A DNA stretch of 63,321 nt, filler included, from Octopus bimaculoides (taxonomy: Eukaryota): NCBI RefSeq assembly GCF_001194135.2. It is 4 parts of 4 records of this genome, joined end to end, with 100 filler letters (N's around TTAATTAATTAA, not from the genome) between each part and the next. Parts side by side here need not be neighbours in the genome. Positions count along the whole stretch, not along the records: positions 1 to 24,631 come from NC_068987.1; positions 24,732 to 39,836 come from NC_068986.1; 2 more parts are not named here. One strand, written 5' to 3'. The translations under genes and the position numbers were made by a program. The notes under the pieces are model-generated. The model was not told where the DNA came from, searched no databases, and saw only the letters and a program-made list of their open reading frames with translations. This document shows positions 13,240 to 26,631 of the stretch, one piece after another (the first letter of the stretch is position 1; every line of letters starts with the position of its first letter).

Positions 13240-14113
13240 TGTTGTATTTGGGGATGGTCATGTTGCTAGTTTAGCCAATAAAACACACGCACTCTATATT
13301 TGGTGTTAATTTGCTTCAGCTTTATTTTACATAAATCGTATTTCGGCCAGAGTTATTTCGTCACACTTCTGTGACCTCATCAATGGTCCTTTGCTTTCTT
13401 CTTTCTTAATTGTGTGCCTTTCCATACTAACGATCATCCATTTTGTCTTAACNNNNNNNNNNNNNNNNNNNNNNNNNNNNNNNNNNNNNNNNNNNNNNNN
13501 NNNNNNNNNNNNNNNNNNNNNNNNNNNNNNNNNNNNNNNNNNNNNNNNNNNNNNNNNNNNNNNNNNNNNNNNNNNNNNNNNNNNNNNNNNNNNNNNNNNN
13601 NNNNNNNNNNNNNNNNNNNNNNNNNNNNNNNNNNNNNNNNNNNNNNNNNNNNNNNNNNNNNNNNNNNNNNNNNNNNNNNNNNNNNNNNNNNNNNNNNNNN
13701 NNNNNNNNNNNNNNNNNNNNNNNNNNNNNNNNNNNNNNNNNNNNNNNNNNNNNNNNNNNNNNNNNNNNNNNNNNNNNNNNNNNNNNNNNNNNNNNNNNNN
13801 NNNNNNNNNNNNNNNNNNNNNNNNNNNNNNNNNNNNNNNNNNNNNNNNNNNNNNNNNNNNNNNNNNNNNNNNNNNNNNNNNNNNNNNNNNNNNNNNNNNN
13901 NNNNNNNNNNNNNNNNNNNNNNNNNNNNNNNNNNNNNNNNNNNNNNNNNNNNNNNNNNNNNNNNNNNNNNNNNNNNNNNNNNNNNNNNNNNNNNNNNNNN
14001 NNNNNNNNNNNNNNNNNNNNNNNNNNNNNNNNNNNNNNNNNNNNNNNNNNNNNNNNNNNNNNNNNNNNNNNNNNNNNNNNNNNNNNNNNNNNNNNNNNNN
14101 NNNNNNNNNNNNN

Positions 14114-14340
14114 CCCCCTCCCCCACCTCCCCCTCCTGCTACGACTCCTACTTCTCTGTACGTCTCTTCACCTCTCTTCACTCCTACTTCTCCTCCTACT
14201 TCTCTTCACTCCCACTTCTCTTCACCCCTATTCTTTCTCTCCTATCTCTTACTCTCTCTCACTCTCTTCTCTCTTAAACTCCCCTCTCTCACTCCTACTC
14301 TCTACACTCTTACTCTCTTACTCTCTCACCCTTACTCTTT
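14114..14340. repeat. CT-rich low-complexity tract
   Basis: Degenerate ctctt/ctact repeats after a gap. Confidence 0.85.
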
Positions 14341-15466
14341 GTTGAAGGAATTCTATCATATATATAAGATCTGTGTTAGCTTATTCTTAACGCTATTAAT
14401 CGGAATTTTCTCAAAAATATTTCATGTCTAAGGGTGAGCAACGCACGGCTTTATACAATACTGTTAAATGATTCTTATAAAACAATTGCTATATAAATTT
14501 CATATTCACTTGATAATTATTTTGCGTATAAAGATGTTTCCTTCCACGAGATTTGGAGTCTTGTGATTTGTGAATTCTTCATATAAAATAATTCACCATA
14601 CTGAGTACGTTCTCATTAGAAATTTAAAGTAATGTGTACTTCTTTCTTTCTTTCCTTCTTGCATTCTTTCTTTCGTTATTCTTTCTTTTATGTTCCTCTA
14701 GTTTTCTCTCTCTGTCTCCTTCTCTCTCACACGCATATATATATACATACATTTATATATATATATATATGGGTGTGTGTTTGTGTGCACGTGGGTAGGT
14801 GTATATGTATGTATGACTGCACGTATGTACGTATGTAGTAGGTGTGTATGTATGTATGCATGTATGTATGTATGTATGTATGTGTGTGTGTATGTATGTA
14901 TGTATGGATGGATGGATACTTTATGGAAAAATCTTTCGGATGCCCAACTCATTAGCTCTTTTCAGTCAATGTTCATTGATGTATGATTTCTGAAGTAAAG
15001 AGTAGTTACATTTCAGCTCACGTGTATAATTGCATAAGAGTTTCGCATGATTCAGCAGACAACTGAATGACAAGCAATAACAATATCTCTCAAGTGGGTT
15101 ATATTTATAGCCTAGGATTGCCTTGTTTCGTGCAGTTTCAAATTCAACCGCTAACATTGCTCACCAAATGCATGATACCAATTCACACATACGCGCGCAC
15201 ACACACACACATGAATATATATACATATANNNNNNNNNNNNNNNNNNNNNNNNNNNNNNNNNNNNNNNNNNNNNNNNNNNNNNNNNNNNNNNNNNNNNNN
15301 NNNNNNNNNNNNNNNNNNNNNNNNNNNNNNNNNNNNNNNNNNNNNNNNNNNNNNNNNNNNNNNNNNNNNNNNNNNNNNNNNNNNNNNNNNNNNNNNNNNN
15401 NNNNNNNNNNNNNNNNNNNNNNNNNNNNNNNNNNNNNNNNNNNNNNNNNNNNNNNNNNNNNNNNNN

Positions 15467-15504
<38 letters not shown>

Positions 15505-15683
15505 CATACATACACACACTTACACATATCCATATGCTTACATACACCCATACGGGCGCCCACATACACACACATAAACACATATGCACAAATATACATC
15601 GTTACATACATGCATTATATATATATTTCATTACTCTACATATCTGAGCGGGTTTCTTCCCCGGATTTATGTATTTCTAGAAA

Positions 15684-15736
<53 letters not shown>

Positions 15737-16709
15737 GTAAGCTATCAAATATCATGATAGATAAATGTCAAGCTGTGCGCTTGTCGTTTATTTCTATTAT
15801 CAGATTTTTTTATCAGCAAACAACCATGACCCCGTCAATAATTCCAATTCCTGTGACTGATTTACATTTGAATGTTATGCTGTCAGGTTACATCTCGGTT
15901 ACTAACCACTCCAGTGATTTTATGTGTTCCTCTTCTCTTTACACTGCATTGTTTTCTTTTATTTTCTCTTTGTGTTGCTGTTGTGTTTGCTGGTGCCTAC
16001 CTTAGAAAAAACTGTGTGTTTACTTGATTTTAGATTTTCAAAATTTTTTTTTTTTTTCTCTTTGTTTTATTTCGTTATTTTTTGTTAATTTTTGTCTTGT
16101 TGTGCCATTCATGTATTCTATTTTCGTTCGGAGAGGATTAATTTTTTGTACTGTTATAATATCTTGTGTTTTTCAATGTGAGTGAAATTTTCTTTCTGTA
16201 TTTTCATTGATGCTCTGCGGGATATCTATTCACTTCCGATACTTATTTTCTCTCAGTCTATTCACACCAGTGTTCACTAAACCTTTCACATATTCTAAGG
16301 GTCACTGCTCTGGTTTAGGTTGTGCTGATGTCACTATAATACACTTCCATTAATATTTTGAGCCACATTATATTTATGTCTTTACAGTTTATATGTGGAT
16401 TACTTGTCCACACACTTCTATAGTCGTCAGTGCATTATGTTTTTATAAATGTTGCAGAGTACATGATAACACTATAAAAGGGTCTACTTCTATCTGTTAC
16501 ATTGCGTCTTAGTTCTTGTTTTATAGCATTTTCGTATAACTGTGGAACAGCTGGTCACTAAGTGAAGAATCGATAAATATGAAACCCCAGAAATTGGTGC
16601 TGATATAACTTGAACAATTTTAATTCTAGTTATAGTTCTTCCCTATTTAAGAATTTCGTGTTCATTGGGTTCAGTCTAAATTATTATTATCGTGAAAGTC
16701 AACAATGCG

Positions 16710-16912
16710 ACGAGCTGGTATACTCGTTAAATGTGAAATGCTTTGCGGCATTTTCTCTGCCACTACGTTTAGATTTCAAATTCTGCCGAGGTCGACTTTG
16801 CCTTTCATTCTTTCTGGCTTCATAAAGTAAGTACCAGTTGAGCACTAGACGCCGATATAATCGACTTACGCGCTTCCTCGAATTTGCTGATTTTGTGCCA
16901 AGAATTTGAAAC
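16710..16912 (+). mobile_element. SINE (family A), degenerate
   Basis: gcgacgagctgg...tttcaaattctgccgaggtcgactttgcctttc...aagtaccagttgagcact is the motif shared with 30490-30672 and 60425-60590. Confidence 0.8.
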
Positions 16913-19900
16913 CATTATTATTAAAATCAATTTAATGACCATCATCGGTTTTCAACACAGCTCCAACTCGGAAACACACTGACATGATTGACAGTAGAAA
17001 TTTTATTTTACAATATCTAATATAATCATTTGCAGCATTTGGAATCATAGTAAAAGGTGGTTAAAATGTGTGATAAGATAAGAAATCCTGATGTAAACCA
17101 GCATTTCTTGTAACTCGCCAACAATATAACATATATAACAGTGTCAGTTTAAACATATATACTGTTAAAGTTGCAAAACTAATTCAATAATGGAATATCA
17201 TGTATCAAATAAATCAAATAGCGAACTAAATCACAAAACTAAACAAAAACAGTTTATTTGTGTTTAGAATAGTAAAGCAATTTATTGAAAACAATGTTTC
17301 CCTGAGGTATTTCGTTTGGCCATATCACTGTTATTCATAATCAACGAATTTCTCGATATTCCGCCCTTCTCCTCTCTCTGTCCTTCCCTGTTCCTCTCCT
17401 ACTCTCTCTCTCCCTCTCTCTTTGCAGTTTTTTTTTCCATCTAAGCTGAAAGTGTTCTATTTATGAGAGTCATTTTACTCCTTTGACACATGGACTTCCT
17501 AATTTATCAATTTCCAAGAATTGAAATTATCACTGAAAAGGAAGTGCTGCTCAAATTAACGAAGGCTACATTTAACCACATATACTGGCACTTTCATTCT
17601 AGAATTATATAATTCCCACTGCCAGGTCTCCCCTCCATCTCATATTTGACGATACTGCTAGTCTGTTTGTGAATTCCCCAAGGACTTTAGGGAGTATGCA
17701 CAGTGACCTGGCTTCAACTAGTGTTGAAAAGTTGGTAATTCGACTGTTTTAGTTTGTATTTGATTAGAATATCTTGAATCTATAATTAAAATCAGATAAT
17801 AGATTAGACTCTCACCGAAGTGTTACTCTTTGCTGTTCTGCACTTTCCACGCTATATTAATTAATAGCTAATGAAGTTATTTAAGTTAATTAAGCTAACA
17901 TACTTAAAGTGATTACCACGATAATTTTAATAAATCGAAACGACACTCATATTATGGATCAGTAAACATTGTTCAAAAATGCCTACGCAAACACACCGAC
18001 AGAAGACAAAAAAGTGTTTTAGAAAAATCAGTTGACGAACCAGATTGTCAATTAATTGATTTTATAAATAAGTGTAAGGTTAGGTGATTCTATCCATTTC
18101 CTAGTAGCGAAAATACTACAGTTTAATCACAATGCGTTATTTCTCAGAGAGGTTAATATATATTATTAAGGATAGACTTAACTTCAGATGCCGTGAAAAA
18201 CTTTGAACATTTGGTCTCTTTAGTTCTTTTCGGTTTATAAAGCATAAATTTATGAAGCTTTTAGTTGGACAGAACAGAATTATAGATCACATCACAGAGA
18301 GAAATTTCCCGATGCCTGTAAGTCCTTTAAAGTTAGAACTGTCACATTCGTCACTGTATCACTTTTTTCCATTTAATACGATAATTTTCTACAGGAAATT
18401 AACTGAGAAATATTCTGTTGTCACAGTTTAGGGATTGGAATCTGCGAATACTTGGAGGGTATTTTGTCCATTTGAGATGTGCCTTCCGCAATAGAATTAA
18501 AAGCCCAAATGTATCTCTTTTTTCTCCATTGAAACTATTCATTTCATGTACATAATAAATGGAATATTTCTGAAAGCCATCGATTAAAAATATACGCAAT
18601 ATATGCTGAATATTTCATGGCAACACGTGTTAATGGAAATTAATATACAGGTGGAAGAAAATAAAAGGAAGGCATTAAAGTTTAAAATAATATTTACAGT
18701 CGCTCCAGGGCTAATATAAAAATAAATAAATCTCACAAAACAAAAGTATTATCACATGAATGTCTTAAAGTACATTTTCCTGCTCTGAAAGAGTAAGTAA
18801 AAATATAAAATGCTTCATTATTTCTATTATTCGATAATCTAATGTTTTATGTATTATGCTGAATATGAATAATAGATGTTAATCATTACCTCACTATTTA
18901 CAATTTGCTATGCAAAAGCTGTCAGCACATACGAAATCAGTTTTAAAATAATGTATAAATATGAATGCTCATATTTCAGTTTTGTGTGTGTGTATGTTTA
19001 TGAATTTGAGATTTAAGTGCCAATGCATTTGCAGACATAGACACACGTACGCATACATACACACAAACGCACAAATACACACACGCACAAACATAGTTAT
19101 ATTTACATGGTTGTGAGAGCTAACAGCTAACAGAGGTTCGAACTTCATTCCCTGTTGTTAATTCGATGTCTCCTAACGGCAATATAAGCGTCTCCGGTGC
19201 GTTAAATTTGAAGTCTTTAGCTCATAGTATTGTTTGTAGCTTGGGCACAAGGTTAGCGTTTTTCGAGAAAAGAGGATTACAGTTTCCCGATCAGTTGCTT
19301 TGTTGATAATTATATTTATATAAAAAAATATAAAAATATTATTCATTTAGTTTCATTCATAGAACCAAAGCTATCCTGGGGATTCCCTTTAACGGGTTCA
19401 ATAAATAAAATCTAGCATAATACTTGCTGTGTGAGGTTTCTGTTGTTTATCCTTGCCTCAGTGTAATGAAAGGCTAATTTTATTTAGTGTAAAGAAACGA
19501 AAGTATAAATCGTAAGCCATTTTAGCTAGTGTCTCGGGAAGTATTCTACAAATGTACCGAAATTAGTGAAGTCAATGTAATGAACAATATTTTATTCCAA
19601 ACAAATTTTGGTCAATACATATCGACAATAATTACTTCAAAACTACAAGGATTTGAAATGTATAAGGTGCCAGTACTAACGTAGAATAAGAAAGAAAATA
19701 TACAACAAATCACAATAACTGAAACAAATGAAAATGTATATGCATGTAAAATAGTCCCTATTCTTGCTGTTATATTGTCCGTGATGATATATAATTTGTC
19801 TTTGTAACAGTATATCACAATACCAAAGATAGCCGCATAACAGCAAGCAATGTAACAAGAGTTGGTTATCTTATTGTAACCGTTCACATAATCACAATCC

Positions 19901-20427
19901 AATACTAAAATGCAGAAACAATAACCAGATTAACGCTCTTACAGTTCGATCTCAACTGTTTATTGGCTCATCTGTTTATAAGACTCGTCCAGTCCACTGG
20001 CAGTCATGTGCTGGGGTGACAGTTCAGTCCACAACGCTTTCCTACAAGCGTGGGAAATACTACTGACTAGGTCCGGATAAAGCACACCAATGCTAACCCA
20101 GCGGTTGTTGAACGTACATTTGCCTCGTGATCACAAAGATACCAACAAATGTTTGTCAGCTCTTTGATGTAGGTAGATACAATCACGTTTAGGAGAAACT
20201 GTTCGTTGTTATATATTTGTCTTCTTTCATTTACCTATCTCCATTATTTAAGCCACAACCCTGNNNNNNNNNNNNNNNNNNNNNNNNNNNNNNNNNNNNN
20301 NNNNNNNNNNNNNNNNNNNNNNNNNNNNNNNNNNNNNNNNNNNNNNNNNNNNNNNNNNNNNNNTGTATGTATGTATGTATGTGTGTGCATATGTATGTGT
20401 GTGTGTTTGTGTCTCTGCTTTTCTTCC

Positions 20428-20585
20428 CACCATAGTTTGACAACCACAGTTGATGTGTTTCTTTCCTCGTAACTTAGTGGTTCAGCACAAGAGGACAATA
20501 ATGAGTACTAGGTTTACAATGAATACGTTCTGGTGTCGATTTCTCCAACTAAAACCCTTTAAAGGGGTGCTCCAGAATGGCTTTA
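20428..20585 (+). mobile_element. SINE family B 3' module
   Basis: gacaacc...gtaacttagtggttcagca...gtactagg...gtcgatttct...ggtgctccagaatggc matches 11130-11300. Confidence 0.75.
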
Positions 20586-21127
20586 ATGGTAATATATATA
20601 TATATATATATATANNNNNNNNNNNNNNNNNNNNNNNNNNNNNNNNNNNNNNNNNNNNNNNNNNNNNNNNNNNNNNNNNNNNNNNNNNNNNNNNNNNNNN
20701 NNNNNNNNNNNNNNNNNNNNNNNNNNNNNNNNNNNNNNNNNNNNNNNNNNNNNNNNNNNNNNNNNNNNNNNNNNNNNNNNNNNNNNNNNNNNNNNNNNNN
20801 NNNNNNNNNNNNNNNNNNNNNNNNNNNNNNNNNNNNNNNNNNNNNNNNNNNNNNNNNNNNNNNNNNNNNNNNNNNNNNNNNNNNNNNNNNNNNNNNNNNN
20901 NNNNNNNNNNNNNNNNNNNNNNNNNNNNNNNNNNNNNNNNNNNNNNNNNNNNNNNNNNNNNNNNNNNNNNNNNNNNNNNNNNNNNNNNNNNNNNNNNNNN
21001 NNNNNNNNNNNNNNNNNNNNNNNNNNNNNNNNNNNNNNNNNNNNNNNNNNNNNNNNNNNNNNNNNNNNNNNNNNNNNNNNNNNNNNNNNNNNNNNNNNNN
21101 NNNNNNNNNNNNNNNNNNNNNNNNNNN

Positions 21128-22160
21128 AGACGCTATCGCTTGTAGTCTTATTATTTGGGATCTCATGAATTTATAATTTCTTTCCCGCGAGATGGTCTCT
21201 TTTTTGATTAGTTTAAATACTCGTGACGTTTTTTCTGTGGTCAAGCTTGTCGTTCTGCTTGGTTGGTTTCTTTGTGGATACAATCATAAGTCGCTCCGTT
21301 TGGTTAGTTCTCTTAAAGGGTCATTTCGTTGTATTCGCTGAAGTTCGGTTTTGATTGGTCTGGAGTTAGGTGGGTCGGCAACTGGTGTTTGTATGGTTAT
21401 TGGGAGTTGCGGTTTCGGGATCAGGATAGAAGATTTTACTAAAGTCTTTAAAAACATTTTTTGCTGTTGTTGGTTGTTTTTTGTGTTGAAATTGAGTGTT
21501 CTTTCTTTTCTTTTTAGTGCTTTTTCTTCTTTCCAAAGGATATTCAGGTGTGGTTTATATTTTTTAATCAATATGTTTTCCTTATTTATACAGAATTGGG
21601 TTGAAGTGTTTCCAGTGCATTGATAAAGAGGGAAGATTTGGTATTTAGGGTTTATATCTACAGGGCATTGCTCTAGGTGCTTGCTTACGGGAATTTTCCT
21701 AGGAGTGGTGTCCTGGATTTGTTGCCTGTGCACTGTAAGTCTATCCCTCAAATTTAAGCTAGTTTGACCAATGTAGTCACCACCACAACCTCAACATTTA
21801 AGAACATAGATTAAGTTCTTCGAAGCACAGGTGAAGTCATATTTTATGGTAAAAGTTTGACCTGACTTAAATTTGTATGTTGAGCCCTCTAAGAGATAGA
21901 TGCAAGTTCCACAGTTAGGGTGGTTGAACTTTTTGACTTGTGGAGTTGCATTTTTGGTGGGTAATTTGGCGCTGGTGAGTAATTTGTTAGGGTTTGCGAT
22001 TGTCTCTTCTTTTAATAATCGTATGTGTTTCTAGCGACTTTTTCATTCGTGGATCTTTCATAAGGAGTGGTATGTTTTGGATAATGTTGTATGCTTCCAT
22101 GTTTTTGAATTGGGTGTTGATACGCAACATTAAGTGTGTCTTGGTGTTTTCTTGTTTTCG
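21128..22160 (-). mobile_element. Penelope-like retroelement remnant (linker + GIY-YIG endonuclease), with stop and frameshift
   Basis: Minus-strand translation gives ...NCGTCIYLLEGSTYKFKSGQTFTIKYDFTCASKNLIYVLKC*GCGGDYIGQTSLNLRDRLTVHRQQIQD...IPVSKHLEQC...KYQIFPLYQC...INKENILIKKYKPHLN. This has the Cys-rich linker, the IY..C..C...YIGQT (GIY-YIG) motif, RL..H and the C-terminal KP.LN of PLE endonucleases. Confidence 0.92.
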
Positions 22161-22750
22161 GTAATTCACAAAACGCACCACTACAATCGACAGCGTCTAT
22201 TAGAAAAGGATCAGAGAAACTGTAAACCTAATTCCCATTGTTTTCCCTATTTTCATTTCACACTAGTTTTGTTTTTTTCAATATGACTTGTCGACCACCA
22301 CTAAAATTAATGAACTTTGTACATTCAAACAAATTGATATACAGTTTTAATTTTATTGACTGCTATGAACATTCAAACTTACTATTCTCTTATGAACATN
22401 NNNNNNNNNNNNNNNNNNNNNNNNNNNNNNNNNNNNNNNNNNNNNNNNNNNNNNNNNNNNNNNNNNNNNNNNNNNNNNNNNNNNNNNNNNNNNNNNNNNN
22501 NNNNNNNNNNNNNNNNNNNNNNNNNNNNNNNNNNNNNNNNNNNNNNNNNNNNNNNNNNNNNNNNNNNNNNNNNNNNNNNNNNNNNNNNNNNNNNNNNNNN
22601 NNNNNNNNNNNNNNNNNNNNNNNNNNNNNNNNNNNNNNNNNNNNNNNNNNNNNNNNNNNNNNNNNNNNNNNNNNNNNNNNNNNNNNNNNNNNNNNNNNNN
22701 NNNNNNNNNNNNNNNNNNNNNNNNNNNNNNNNNNNNNNNNNNNNNNNNNN

Positions 22751-22800
<50 letters not shown>

Positions 22801-23771
22801 GCATATGAAGTACGTATAAATTGAATCAACTAAATTTTTATGCATATACGTATATGTTTATATATGAGTGTATATATGTATCTATGCATATATGTATGTG
22901 CATACATATGTATATATGCACGCATAAACATACACTCATCTAAACACATATGCATCCTTATACGTACACATATACATATGCACGTACAAAAATATATATT
23001 TAACTTTGTGTTTCAATGTTCTAATTTTAATATGTATTCTATCACTATGACACTGGGTGTAAAGAAAACAGCAGTTGAAATGTGGTGGAGAAATCCTAAA
23101 AGCGCATACATACATACACACTCACACTCACACATACATACATGCATACATACATGCATACATACATGCATACATACATGCATACATACATGCATACATA
23201 CACACACATGCATACATACATAATACAAACATACATACATACATGCATACATACATACATATAAGTATACATACGTCCGTACGTACATACATACGTACAC
23301 GTATACATACATTTATTTATACATACATTCAATATATCGTCACATATGGAAAAGTATAAAGACATTCAGAAATGTTGAAATTATCTTCAGATTGTATTCA
23401 AATATTGGCATAATTTAAACAATGGTGATATCCATGTATCCATATTCGCAGGGAAGTGTTTTTCTTTCTTTCTCTCCCTTTTTCACTGTCTCTGACACAC
23501 ACACACATATATATATATATATACATACATACATACATACATATATATATATATGTATATATATATAAATATACACACACATACACACATATACATATGC
23601 ATATATAAATACACATACATATGAATAAACACATGTAATGTATGTATATATATATATACATACATACACGTGGGAATTACGAAAAGAAATGCACGTTTAT
23701 GATAGTATTTTATATTTGTTTATATGACATCTTTGAGGAGCGATATATTACCCTTTCCTTTTCTTTTACAG

Positions 23772-23837
23772 GAGAAAGATGTTCGTATCATTCTCGGAAA
23801 CTTTTCTCCCCAGATGGCTCCAAACGTCTTTTGTAAT
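23772..23837 (+). CDS. GABBR2: Internal coding exon of a GABA-B receptor subunit 2-like (class C GPCR) gene, Venus-flytrap domain
   Basis: Strong acceptor (ccctttccttttcttttacAG|) and donor (|GTAAGT). The 66 nt translate in phase 0 to EKDVRIILGNFSPQMAPNVFCN. This aligns without gaps to human GABBR2 as I recall it, [22 protein letters not shown] (13/22 identical, including DVRIILG and VFC). The exact paralogue (R2 vs invertebrate R2/R3-like) cannot be settled from 22 aa. Confidence 0.88.
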
Positions 23838-24731
23838 GTAAGTGATTCTTATGATTTAAATAGAGCTAATAACTAGTTTTCTTTATCAAAACAATTATGC
23901 CACAAAAAATAAAGTTACGTCCATATAATGAAATGTTTTAACAATTGTCAGACGCACATCGTCTTATTTCGTCATGCTTTCGCATTATTTCTTATATTTT
24001 TATCTCTTTATTACACTAAAATTATAGATGGAATCTCTAAGCGGTGGCATGTTCTGCCAGATTGTATTCCGCAGGGCCGTATATATTTGTTGAAAAGAAT
24101 CCTCACTGCCAGGTGAGATAATAAAAAAACAACGGTCAAGTCTGGAGTGCCTTTAGAGAAAGAACTTTTCAATGAAGCGAATTAAGTGTATCCACACCAA
24201 TAACAATAACAAGGACACGCATATAGTTCTCTACAGATATAGGGCGGCATACAAACCTTGTAAAATACGTCTATTAATAGATGTTTGTATTTTCAGCAAT
24301 ATCTCGAATTGAAAAATACGCCAAGACTTCCTCGATTGCATAAAGTTCGCCTTATATTAGCTATGGCTAAAAAAAGGGATATGAAAATCCCCAAAGTAAA
24401 TATTAAAATCAGCAGCCATCTATCTTCTCGCAATAGAACAATAATATCAAAAAAATCATTTGAAATCACAAGCTGAACTTATATGTATAAATACATACAT
24501 ACATGCGACCAGAATACTCACTTTCATTCATACATAATATATACTTGTATAGAAAGATATATTCATGCGTTTAAATGTGTGTATATATATGTTGTATATG
24601 TATATATATACATGTATATATATATATATATNNNNNNNNNNNNNNNNNNNNNNNNNNNNNNNNNNNNNNNNNNNNTTAATTAATTAANNNNNNNNNNNNN
24701 NNNNNNNNNNNNNNNNNNNNNNNNNNNNNNN

Positions 24732-25057
24732 AACTCAGAACATAATGACACTCGAAATACTGCTAAGCTTTTCGCCCAGCGTGCTAACGTTTCTGCCAGC
24801 TCGCCGCCTTATAATAATAATTATAATCTTTCCAACTCTAAGCACAAGGCCCGAAATTTTGGGGAGGCGGGGTAGTCGATTAGAACGACCTCAGAACGCA
24901 ACCAGTACTTAATTTTTCGACCCCGAGAGGATGAAAGGCAAAGTCGGCCTCGGCGGAATTTGAACTCAGAACATAATGACACTCGAAATACTGCTAAGCT
25001 TTTCGCCCAGCGTGCTAACGTTTCTGCCAGCTCGCCGCCTTATAATAATAATTATAA
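24732..25057 (-). mobile_element. SINE family A (reverse orientation), 5' part duplicated next to a gap
   Basis: aaaggcaaagtcggcctcggcggaatttgaactcagaac...ctgccagctcgccgcc is the reverse complement of the family A head/body. Confidence 0.85.
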
Positions 25058-25367
25058 TGGTGCAGCCTCGTTATTCTGAAACTTGCCTCATCACTTTTCC
25101 CTGGCAATATAAACAGATAAAGACAGCATGTAGTTCAAGTCCTCAAGCTTAATTGTTTTCACTACAAAGATATATGTCGGTCTGTTTGCATGTACATAGG
25201 TATATGCCTGTATGTGTGTATGTGCGCGCGCATGTATACATATAGATGTATGTTTGTACATATATGTATGGATATATGCATACATTTATATATTATTTAC
25301 GTTAGCATATATATATGTATATATACCCGCAAGCACACACACGCACGCTCGCACACACACATATACA

Positions 25368-25401
<34 letters not shown>

Positions 25402-25402
25402 C

Positions 25403-25436
<34 letters not shown>

Positions 25437-25577
25437 ATACAGACATACGTCTGTATGCATTTGAGTGTGACTATCTGTCTATCGATCCATCTACATGCAC
25501 ATAAATGATTATATATAACAGTAAATATATATGTGTATGTATATATATATATGTGTGTGTGTATGTATGTATATATG

Positions 25578-25609
<32 letters not shown>

Positions 25610-26553
25610 NNNNNNNNNNNNNNNNNNNNNNNNNNNNNNNNNNNNNNNNNNNNNNNNNNNNNNNNNNNNNNNNNNNNNNNNNNNNNNNNNNNNNNNNNNN
25701 NNNNNNNNNNNNNNNNNNNNNNNNNNNNNNNNNNNNNNNNNNNNNNNNNNNNNNNNNNNNNNNNNNNNNNNNNNNNNNNNNNNNNNNNNNNNNNNNNNNN
25801 NNNNNNNNNNNNNNNNNNNNNNNNNNNNNNNNNNNNNNNNNNNNNNNNNNNNNNNNNNNNNNNNNNNNNNNNNNNNNNNNNNNNNNNNNNNNNNNNNNNN
25901 NNNNNNNNNNNNNNNNNNNNNNNNNNNNNNNNNNNNNNNNNNNNNNNNNNNNNNNNNNNNNNNNNNNNNNNNNNNNNNNNNNNNNNNNNNNNNNNNNNNN
26001 NNNNNNNNNNNNNNNNNNNNNNNNNNNNNNNNNNNNNNNNNNNNNNNNNNNNNNNNNNNNNNNNNNNNNNNNNNNNNNNNNNNNNNNNNNNNNNNNNNNN
26101 NNNNNNNNNNNNNNNNNNNNNNNNNNNNNNNNNNNNNNNNNNNNNNNNNNNNNNNNNNNNNNNNNNNNNNNNNNNNNNNNNNNNNNNNNNNNNNNNNNNN
26201 NNNNNNNNNNNNNNNNNNNNNNNNNNNNNNNNNNNNNNNNNNNNNNNNNNNNNNNNNNNNNNNNNNNNNNNNNNNNNNNNNNNNNNNNNNNNNNNNNNNN
26301 NNNNNNNNNNNNNNNNNNNNNNNNNNNNNNNNNNNNNNNNNNNNNNNNNNNNNNNNNNNNNNNNNNNNNNNNNNNNNNNNNNNNNNNNNNNNNNNNNNNN
26401 NNNNNNNNNNNNNNNNNNNNNNNNNNNNNNNNNNNNNNNNNNNNNNNNNNNNNNNNNNNNNNNNNNNNNNNNNNNNNNNNNNNNNNNNNNNNNNNNNNNN
26501 NNNNNNNNNNNNNNNNNNNNNNNNNNNNNNNNNNNNNNNNNNNNNNNNNNNNN

Positions 26554-26590
<37 letters not shown>

Positions 26591-26631
26591 CCATGTATAT
26601 ACTTTATCGTTTTATCTCTCATAGTTTGTTA

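Noticed and set aside
13327-14431. Long ORFs containing X runs (and all similar [12 protein letters not shown] ORFs)
   Set aside because: Artefacts of N gaps and dinucleotide repeats.
18190-18317. Open + frame between AG and GTAAGT (AVKNFEHLVSFSSFRFIKHKFMKLLVGQNRIIDHITERNFPMP)
   Set aside because: No similarity to GABA-B or anything else I recognise, and the acceptor is modest, so there is not enough support.
24676-24687. TTAATTAATTAA palindrome in the middle of N runs (also 39881-39892 and 56287-56298)
   Set aside because: An identical 12-mer centred in 100-bp gaps, with stops in all six frames. It is a scaffolding spacer, not biological.
24732-24827. Exact 95-bp duplicate of 24963-25057
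   Set aside because: It is identical and starts at a gap edge, so it is most likely a contig-end or mis-join artefact.
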